A stretch of DNA of 63,439 nt, filler included, from Octopus bimaculoides (lineage: Eukaryota): NCBI RefSeq assembly GCF_001194135.2. It is 5 parts of 5 records of this genome, joined end to end, with 100 filler letters (N's around TTAATTAATTAA, not from the genome) between each part and the next. Parts side by side here need not be neighbours in the genome. Positions count along the whole stretch, not along the records: positions 50,492 to 59,291 come from NC_068988.1; positions 59,392 to 63,439 come from NC_069002.1; 3 more parts are not named here. The stretch is one strand, 5' to 3'. The notes beneath the pieces were generated by a model. It saw only the letters and a program-made list of their open reading frames with translations. It had not been told where the DNA came from and searched no databases. Shown here one piece after another: positions 53,543 to 63,439 of this stretch. The first letter of the stretch is position 1. Each line of letters opens with the position of its first letter. The position numbers were made by a program, and so were the translations under genes.

Positions 53543-53797
53543 ATTATTGCAGCTATGTACTGTGTCAGACTTTCTAACAATTCTGAAATTCACGGTCAAA
53601 TACTTTCTTCATAACCAACCGTAGACTTTGTTTTTCATCATTTTCGTGCGGATAAAATTTGTAGTATTGAAGTACCGACCTAGATCTTCTCGATTTTACT
53701 TTTCTAGTGATGGTAGGACATCTTCCTGAGCCAACAATCAATCTTTTAATTGCATTATATTACCGAAAACAAACTGCGTGAGAGAGAAAGAGAGAGA

Positions 53798-53847
<50 letters not shown>

Positions 53848-54624
53848 GAGGGAGAGAAATTGATGGTGAGCGAGTTCAAAGTAAATATAAGAGAAGATAT
53901 CTCTCAATTTGACTAAGCAAAATCCAGCTGGACCTTTCAGTTCTCATGAATGAAAAAAAAATGTATTATTCCATTCTCGGTGTCAGTTCAATAAATTACA
54001 ATCTCCACATGATTATCATTGCCTCTGCGTCATAATGTAATCTTTGTTTATGGTAATAAGCATCTATTTATAATACATACAGTTTAAATGTTACGCTGTG
54101 AATGTCATACAATTCTGAGAGACACGCGTGACGTCTACATTACTGAAGTAAATAAAAAATTAAAAAATCGTGAAAATACTTCAAATTTTTTTTTAATCGT
54201 AACTGCAGAAACAAATTGTCAAACTACGATGCCTTCTAAATTTGTTTGTTACATGTGAAGGCAAGACAGTCATCTATATTAAGCACTGAAAACGTCTATT
54301 TTTTTAATTCCTTTTTCGTTTTATTTTAATAGTTAAACGTAAGTTCAACGGTGAGAATGGAACAAAATAATGTTATTTCAGAATAAATTGCATACATGTT
54401 TTTCGCAAATTTATTCGTTTATTTAGTAATTCTTTTGTTTGTTTATGATGTTGTGATTGACCAAAGAGACACAAAAATCAATAGTGAATATTTACCACAA
54501 AGCGTCAGTGATTAATGCTAGTCTAGCACATATAGACATCTTAAATTCAGCTTACATTGTCTTTGTTGTTGTCAATAATAATAATGTTGCAATGTAAAAT
54601 GATAATAATAATAATAATAATAAC

Positions 54625-54684
<60 letters not shown>

Positions 54685-55375
54685 TATTATTATTATTATT
54701 ATTACTATTATTATTTTTGTTGTTGCTTTTCTTGTTGTTCTCCTCCGTGTTTTCCTTATTCTTATTGTTCTTATTTTTCTTCTTATCTTTATTATTGTAT
54801 TACCTATATACTTGTTTNNNNNNNNNNNNNNNNNNNNNNNNNNNNNNNNNNNNNNNNNNNNNNNNNNNNNNNNNNNNNNNNNNNNNNNNNNNNNNNNNNN
54901 NNNNNNNNNNNNNNNNNNNNNNNNNNNNNNNNNNNNNNNNNNNNNNNNNNNNNNNNNNNNNNNNNNNNNNNNNNNNNNNNNNNNNNNNNNNNNNNNNNNN
55001 NNNNNNNNNNNNNNNNNNNNNNNNNNNNNNNNNNNNNNNNNNNNNNNNNNNNNNNNNNNNNNNNNNNNNNNNNNNNNNNNNNNNNNNNNNNNNNNNNNNN
55101 NNNNNNNNNNNNNNNNNNNNNNNNNNNNNNNNNNNNNNNNNNNNNNNNNNNNNNNNNNNNNNNNNNNNNNNNNNNNNNNNNNNNNNNNNNNNNNNNNNNN
55201 NNNNNNNNNNNNNNNNNNNNNNNNNNNNNNNNNNNNNNNNNNNNNNNNNNNNNNNNNNNNNNNNNNNNNNNNNNNNNNNNNNNNNNNNNNNNNNNNNNNN
55301 NNNNNNNNNNNNNNNTATATATATATATATATATACATATACATACACACACATATATATATATGGGGGGAGGTG

Positions 55376-55433
<58 letters not shown>

Positions 55434-55829
55434 CACTTATGTTTATATGTGTATTTTATTTATACATATGTATATATAAGTAAATGTGTGTGTGTATATG
55501 TTGCGTGTTTGTATATGTCGGAATGTCAACGGAACTCACACGCCAAACGAAATCAGAGAAAAAAAGACGCATGCGCACTTCACATGTACTTACTTCTACG
55601 TATGTACTCGTGTTTGTATGCGTTTATAATTCCACCACATGTGTATATACGTGGATGTGCAGTTATATTTAGATATATGTAGACGCAACTGAATAGTAAA
55701 TAAGTTTGTCTATTTAAGATCGAGTTAGAACAATCAATCACATTGTTTTCATTTATTTACACAAGAAGAATAAAAATGTAAAATAGGAAATACGTTCATA
55801 AAGCCACAGAACAAGAAAACAAAAAACAA

Positions 55830-55858
55830 AAGCGCTACTATTACTACTACTACTACTG

Positions 55859-55919
<61 letters not shown>

Positions 55920-55960
55920 TACTACTACTACTACATCTGCAGCTGCTGATGATGGCGACG

Positions 55961-56028
<68 letters not shown>

Positions 56029-56312
56029 AATGATGATGATAATAATAACAGTAATAAAAAAAATCAACAACAGTTGCAAAGTTTGGCACAGGGCCAGCAG
56101 CGTTTGAGGTGTGGAGAAATCGATTACATCGACATTTGTACTCGATCGTTACTTATTTTATCGACCCCCAATGGATCGAAATACAAACACCACCTCGGCT
56201 GAATATGTGTTCCGAGCGTTAAGACGGATGAGATAACACTAAACATTTTTGTACGACATGCTGAAGGTACTGTCATTTCACTAACTTCGCGACGATGACG
56301 ATGATAATAATA

Positions 56313-56385
<73 letters not shown>

Positions 56386-56492
56386 TAATAATGACAATAC
56401 TAATATAATGAGAGTAAAAGGGTTCATAACATAGGTTTCAATCTTAATAATAATGATAATAGTATAACTGTAATGATATTTAACAAGTAGAA

Positions 56493-56538
<46 letters not shown>

Positions 56539-56601
56539 CGACGATGGTGATGCTGATGATCATGATCATGATATTCACGAGTACAAGTAGAAATTAGTGA
56601 A

Positions 56602-56642
<41 letters not shown>

Positions 56643-56664
56643 ATAATAATAATAATAATAATAA

Positions 56665-56695
<31 letters not shown>

Positions 56696-57000
56696 AAGAA
56701 GGAAAAGAAAGAAGAAGAAGAAGAAAAAGAAGAAGAAGAAGAAGAAGAAGAAGAAGAAGAAGAAGAAGAAGAAGAAGAAGAGGAAGTAGTAGTAAAGGAA
56801 GAAAAAGGGAGAACCACAGCAATGACAATGACAATATTATAATGATGATTGTGATAATGATAATGAGTATGATGGTGGTGGTGGTGGTGATGATGATGAT
56901 CATGATGATCGTCATCATCATCATCATCATCATGATGTTCATGATGTTCATGAAGCGATGGTGGAGGGGATGAGAGTTAAGTAGAAGAACAACAGCAACA
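55830..57000. repeat. Compound trinucleotide microsatellite field
   Basis: (CTA)n, (GAT)n, (AAT)n and (GAA)n tracts, interrupted by a SINE. Confidence 0.9.
56075..56285 (-). mobile_element. SINE family B copy, degenerate
   Basis: Reverse-strand match: tttggcacagggcc..gattacatcgac..acttattttatcgacccc. Confidence 0.65.
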
Positions 57001-57221
57001 ATCAAAAAAGGCTAGAATGAGCCAAGCTGGGAGAAAGAGTAATAAATACTGAACAGCACATGAACAACAAGAAGAGCAACGAGAACGTTAATGGCAATGA
57101 AAACGTTAACATAAATAAGAGAGAAACAACGAAAATCATACATATACATATATATTTGCATGTATGTAAGTGTGTATGTATGGTAAGAGAGAGAGACACA
57201 CAGACTAACGGACATACAGAC

Positions 57222-57294
<73 letters not shown>

Positions 57295-57986
57295 AACAGG
57301 GAGAAAAATAGAGAAATAGAGTGCATGGGATAAATGGAGTCAAACTAAATCTATTTCCGTTGTTACTAAAATAGTTGCAAGATATGCATTGATTTTTTTT
57401 TTCCCCTCCGAAAGTATGCACACTTCTTCCCGTTCTTCTCAAGCACCAAGCTTGAATGCCTGTATAAATATAGTCAGTGCAGACGGGGGATTAAGTTGGT
57501 GCCAGGTTTTAAGCTTCAGCTGTCAAGATTTTTAAAACAATGCAGGGTTAGAGCGAGTACCTTAAAGCCACATCGGTATAAACATATGGATTAGAAAACG
57601 GATAAGATTAATGCTCAGTGGACTCGCTCTTACTATCATTCAGAAATAGCATTTGCCGATACAACAGACACGCAATCTAATTACGAAAGATTCTTTCCGA
57701 TGATTTAATTAGATTTAAGTATTTATATTTCTATAGGTTGTTTATAAGTATGTATGTCTATATATTTGTTAGTTTCGAAGGTCTCTTCGTCCGTCGGTCT
57801 GTTGGTGAGTCGATGACTTGGTGAACTGGTGAGCTTGTAGATTCACAGTAATGTATTTTGGTGAAAATGCTTACATGCTTGAGAATAAGAATAACTTGCT
57901 CTCTATGAAATAGGCACATATTTCTTGAGTAGTCATACTCACTGTATCACTCCATTTCTATTAGTATATATATGCATATGCTGACA

Positions 57987-58380
57987 AGAGTGGCTGTGTG
58001 GTAAGCAGCTTGCTTACCAACCACATTGTTACGGGCTCAGTTCCACTGCGTGGTACTTTGGGCAAGTGTCTTCTACTATAGCGTCGGGCCGACGAAGGCC
58101 TTGTGAGTGGATTTGGTAGACGGAAATTGAAAGAAGCCTGTCGTATATCTGTATATATGTATGTGTGTGTATGTGTATGTATGTCTGTGTTTGTCGCCCC
58201 ACCCAACATCACTTGACAACCTAGGCTGTTGTGTTTACGTTTCCGTAACTTAGCAGTTCGGCCAAAGACACCGATAAAATAAGTATTAGGCTTACAAAAG
58301 TATAAGTCCTGGGATCGATTTTCTCGACTAAAGGTGGTGCTTCAACATGGCCGCAGTCAAGTGACTCAAACAAGAAAAAG
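57987..58380 (+). mobile_element. tRNA-derived SINE, family A (internal microsatellite)
   Basis: Head gtggctgtgtggtaagcagcttgcttaccaaccacattgttacgggctcagttcc, body gggcaagtgtcttctactatagc..gtagacggaaattgaaagaagcc, internal (TA/TG)n, tail ggtggtgcttcaacatggccgcagtcaagtgactcaaacaag. Confidence 0.88.
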
Positions 58381-59044
58381 AATATGTAATATTTGTATGT
58401 GTGTATGTGTGTGTATAGGTGTGTATAGGTGTGTAGGTGAGTTTGTGCGTGTGTGTGCGTGTGTGTGTGTATGTGGAGACAGAGAAAAAAATAGAAAGAG
58501 GGAGACTATTGTTACATCGGACTGGCGGCCTATGTAGGAAATTGTCGATGTGTGTGTGGGTGCATGTGTGTGTGTGTGTGTTTGTGTGCATGACAGTAGG
58601 CGTGTGCGTGTGTGAGAATGTCAATGTGATTTGGAGAATATACATACATGCATACATACATACATACACTGACACATACATGCATACATACATTCATACG
58701 TAGTATATATACGCTCCACAATAAATATTCGTATGGGCATGTGTAATTATGCTATCTTGAATGCATTACGTGTAAGCCCGTACGAACACGTGCATATATT
58801 TGTAGATATATATATATATTAATCACTTTAGAAATTTTCACGCCATAAATAAGACTATTCTGTGTGAATTAAAATTCATTCGATTTGTTAAAGGATTGCA
58901 ACACATTCCAACAACCGAATCATTTAATTAGATAAAATTTTCAAGCATCTGCTATGTAAAATTTTATGCAACCTACTTTCGTCATTAGATTTCACTTGCA
59001 TTAAGTAAAGTGATATATTGCATAGTATTATCTGTTATCCATTA

Positions 59045-59230
59045 TCTTTTACTTGTTTCAGACATTGGACTGCGACAATGCTGAGGCAATACGTTGAAAG
59101 TGTTCAGTTTAACAAATTTATCGCGGTCCTTATTTTTAAAGTCTGGTACATATTCTATCAGTTTCTTTTACAGAACCATTAAGTTACGAGGACGTAAACA
59201 TAGCACTTGTGGGAGACAAACAAAAACAGA
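59045..59230 (-). mobile_element. SINE family A tail half
   Basis: cttttacttgtttcagacattggactgcgacaatgctg..ccattaagttacgaggacgtaaaca. Confidence 0.7.
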
Positions 59231-59256
59231 AACTCTGACATGCATAAATGTACGTG

Positions 59257-59289
<33 letters not shown>

Positions 59290-59732
59290 ATNNNNNNNNN
59301 NNNNNNNNNNNNNNNNNNNNNNNNNNNNNNNNNNNTTAATTAATTAANNNNNNNNNNNNNNNNNNNNNNNNNNNNNNNNNNNNNNNNNNNNATATATATA
59401 TATATTAAACATGAAAGTACGTAAGGCAGTGTCAACATTAATAGAACGTGAACTCCAGACGTATATAAGGACTAAATGCCACTAACCATTTTGTCCGGCA
59501 TGCTAACTATTCTAAAATATTATTGTTGTTGTATTGCACTGTTGTATTGTTGTATTGTACTGTTGTTTGTATTGCAGAACAGAAAAAAAAAGTCAAAATC
59601 TTTCAAAAAATAAATTTCCAGGTGGAAGTAACTCAAACGTCGGATAGGATGAGTTATTTCCCTTAGAAGAGGTCAACCGTTGTTTTACAACTTGAAATTT
59701 TGTGTAATTGTATTTTTTCTAGAATTTCAAAT

Positions 59733-59804
<72 letters not shown>

Positions 59805-60379
59805 ACACACGCACACACACATACACGCACTCACTCACTCACTCACTCACACACAAATACACACATTGGTGCGTGGCGTGTTTATCGCTGTCTTAAAGCG
59901 TTTACGTCACTTGGAGTCTTTGTTTGTATCCCGAAATTTAGCGATTTGACAAAGACAGATCGTTCAGATAAGTATAAATCTTAAAAACAATATAAACCAT
60001 ATGAGCACCGAAATTCGTGAAGACAGTGCTCCTGAATGCACCAATTCCAATGTCTAGAATTTTATAAAAATACGAAAATAACAGTAGGCGGCATAAAGTA
60101 AGTGAAATAACTTCAGCCTATGAGTTACTTCCCCTGAAACAATTTTACTTGAATTTTAGTTTTCTGTCATACGATTTGATGGAAGTTTGGTTGATTTTTC
60201 TAACAGGTTGATTGCTTTGTTTGAATGTTAAGTAATCAACAATGATGACGACGAGAAGCTTCATGATCGTTTCTCTGCTAGAAATCTTTAAATCTAAAGT
60301 TACTAAATCTTTAAATCCCACATAATCGTCTAAGCTATTATTATCGTACAATGAAAATAGGGAAAAAAATCAGATTCTT

Positions 60380-60576
60380 TCTTTTATTTGTTTCAGTCAT
60401 TTGACTGTGGCCATGCTGGAGCACCGTCTTTAGTCGAGCGAATCGACCCCAGAACTTGTTCTTTGTAAGCCTAGTACTTATGCTATCGCTCGCTTTTGCC
60501 AAACCGCTAAGTTACGGGAACCTAAGCACACCAGCATCGGTTGTCAACCGATGTTGGGGGAACAAACACAGACACA

Positions 60577-60637
<61 letters not shown>

Positions 60638-60810
60638 GACGGGCTTCTTTCGACGCTTAGGCTTTTTTCAGTTTCCATCTACCAAATCTACTCACAAGAC
60701 TTTGGTCGGTCTGAGGCTATAACAGAAGACACTTGCCCAAGGTTCCATGCAATAAGACTGAACCTGGACCATGTGGTTGGTAAGCCAGCTACTTACCACA
60801 CAACCACTCC
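60380..60810 (-). mobile_element. SINE family A copy
   Basis: Tail, internal (CA)n(TA)n and head all present. Confidence 0.85.
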
Positions 60811-62053
60811 TGGTTAATTTTTTTTTACAAACATTCGTTTAATTTGGAGGAGCCAATTTTCGAATCTCATCAAGAGAGTAAAATAGACATGTCAAATGTA
60901 TTTTTTTAATATCATAATTAAACAAGGTCCATTCATCAATTATCAGCCAATTAAAACATGTCTAATCAGATGATATAAAGCCAGCCAGGTGACACAAGGC
61001 TATCCAGGTGATACAATGAAAATTTAATTTGCTTAAGGTTTAACTAAAATATTTCAAGCATTACCTTTTGATTCAGAAGTTCGCTTCACATCTTCGCAGT
61101 TTTCCAGATCAATATTCCAGCTCTCTGCACCCTCTAGTCTCGGATTCATCAAACACTTGTACGTAAAATTTCCTGGACCGAAACTGTGTGGGTACCTGGC
61201 GTCGGACGGGCCTTTAGGGGTTAACTCAATAGCATAACTAAAATTAAAGCGAGGGGTGCGTCCCATCACAGACGACAACTTTTGTTGTTTTTTTGGCGCC
61301 TTCACATCTCCTCTCACTAAGCAATAATGAAAATATATACTTTTGTTTCAAGACAACTGGGTGTGAATTCAAGGGAGACTCCGTTGTTATTTCTATCAGG
61401 TCGAGTGACCACAATGAAGCTCCTTTGATGACTCATTCAACATTCTTTTGTTGGTCCCTTATGGCCCCGCCTCTTATAAGCTCGTTTTGATAGGGCAGTT
61501 TTTGGTGAAATTTGAAGATTTGTCTGCAATTTCTAGCAGGACTAGTGTCCACATAGCGATTCTCACATTTGCTTTTTAGAACAGGTGTGGCAGCTTTTCT
61601 GGAGGTCTTGGCTGGAATTGAAATCTTTTGCGGGTCTTGTAGACCAAAACAAGTATTTCTAAGATAACAACTACCCCTAATAGTTTGTTTGAAATATTAT
61701 TTATATGTCACTCGCTGCAACAAGAGAGTTTCTAAGAAGTAAAAGTCGGTGAGTGCAGCACATGACACGGAATAAGGTGAAGAGTTGAAAGGTTTTCATC
61801 AAGACAGAATGGGGGCGGATGTGGTTTTCCAAGAAAACGCTGTATCAACCAGTGTACGTGCCTCTTTTAACCGTTGTGACTCCTTTCTTTTCTCAGAATT
61901 ACTGATTCATGTGAAGTATATTATGCAGCTTAGTCTCTACTGATTCAAACATTTGAGATGGGAATAAACGGGCTGCACCTCAAGACAAACGCATTTCCGT
62001 CCCTCGACTGACGGAAATAATCTCACTTGTTTGGTGGGGTTCGGATGAAAGAG

Positions 62054-62108
<55 letters not shown>

Positions 62109-62898
62109 NNNNNNNNNNNNNNNNNNNNNNNNNNNNNNNNNNNNNNNNNNNNNNNNNNNNNNNNNNNNNNNNNNNNNNNNNNNNNNNNNNNNNNNNNNNN
62201 NNNNNNNNNNNNNNNNNNNNNNNNNNNNNNNNNNNNNNNNNNNNNNNNNNNNNNNNNNNNNNNNNNNNNNNNNNNNNNNNNNNNNNNNNNNNNNNNNNNN
62301 NNNNNNNNNNNNNNNNNNNNNNNNNNNNNNNNNNNNNNNNNNNNNNNNNNNNNNNNNNNNNNNNNNNNNNNNNNNNNNNNNNNNNNNNNNNNNNNNNNNN
62401 NNNNNNNNNNNNNNNNNNNNNNNNNNNNNNNNNNNNNNNNNNNNNNNNNNNNNNNNNNNNNNNNNNNNNNNNNNNNNNNNNNNNNNNNNNNNNNNNNNNN
62501 NNNNNNNNNNNNNNNNNNNNNNNNNNNNNNNNNNNNNNNNNNNNNNNNNNNNNNNNNNNNNNNNNNNNNNNNNNNNNNNNNNNNNNNNNNNNNNNNNNNN
62601 NNNNNNNNNNNNNNNNNNNNNNNNNNNNNNNNNNNNNNNNNNNNNNNNNNNNNNNNNNNNNNNNNNNNNNNNNNNNNNNNNNNNNNNNNNNNNNNNNNNN
62701 NNNNNNNNNNNNNNNNNNNNNNNNNNNNNNNNNNNNNNNNNNNNNNNNNNNNNNNNNNNNNACAGGCATATTGTATTATTTGCTCCTTTCTTATGGACGG
62801 AATCGACACAGCTGATATATAGTTAATGGCATAATGGAAGTTGTTTGTTTAAAAGTGAAGAGGGAGGGTACAATTTGCATAGGTTTGCATGAAAGTGC

Positions 62899-62931
<33 letters not shown>

Positions 62932-62964
62932 TACATACACATACACATATATATATATATACAT

Positions 62965-63130
62965 ACGATGGGCTTATTTCAGTTTCCGTCTACAAAATTC
63001 TCTCACAAGACTTTGGTCGGCTTGAGGCTCTAATAGAGGACATTTATCCAAGGTGCCACGCAGTGGGACTAAACCCGAAACCTTGAGGTTGGGAACCTTG
63101 AGGTTGGGAATCTTACCAGACCTCCACACC
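62965..63130 (-). mobile_element. SINE family A head half
   Basis: gggcttatttcagtttccgtctac..caaggtgccacgcagtgggactaaacc; contains a 14-bp internal tandem duplication ccttgaggttggga. Confidence 0.75.
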
Positions 63131-63439
63131 TGCGTCTACTATACTTTTTTTCAAAACCATTATTTATATCATGATAATTACACTTTTTATGCAAAAAAAA
63201 AAAAAAAATTTGCAAAAATTAAATTTACAAAACTGGTGGGAGGAAGCGTTCTACATGTTTGGTAACCGGGCAACGCCGGGAAATTCCGATCGTGTTTAAG
63301 AACTGAAGTTTCTTCTGGGTTGTTGCCCAGACTTGCATTTAGCCAATAGAAGCTTTGAACTAATGTTTTATTATTAATGTTTAATTATTCCGCTCTCAAC
63401 AGCAGGATATATTTTGATTGCAAGAAAGTGCTTTGTATG

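Noticed and set aside
60145-60351. ORF with FKDLVTLDL, superficially LRR-like
   Set aside because: It is on the opposite strand to the LRR gene, lacks the conserved Asn spacing, and has no 72-nt splice boundaries.
2592-62826. Long ORFs in the track (200-417 aa)
   Set aside because: They are mostly X from N-runs plus dinucleotide-repeat translations ([12 protein letters not shown]).

Overview
AT-rich, gap-riddled animal genomic scaffold. The SINE and LINE families and the microsatellite load point to an octopus or other cephalopod; this is inference from recalled repeat families, not a database hit. Most of the window is microsatellites, N-gaps and decayed mobile elements: two R4/Dong-like LINE pieces plus a fragment, two Tx1/L1-like LINEs, two RTE 3' ends, a mariner, a hAT(m)-like transposase relic, a hAT MITE, a Helitron helicase, a Gypsy gag, and at least four tRNA-derived SINE families. 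The only host gene I can support is the 5' part of a + strand leucine-rich-repeat (LRR) secreted or cell-surface protein: a signal peptide + LRRNT exon at 46255-46436 and LRR exons at 49446-49517 and 50324-50391 (the last cut by a gap). Best leads: (1) a tRNA-headed SINE carrying a Penelope-type minimal hammerhead ribozyme fold (25362-25638); (2) the LRR exons arose by tandem duplication of an intron+exon unit whose intron flanks are more similar than the exons; (3) a ~620-bp near-complete foldback built from unique arms plus (GAT)n/(ATC)n (23325-23945). Almost all long ORFs in the supplied track are artefacts of N-runs or microsatellites.
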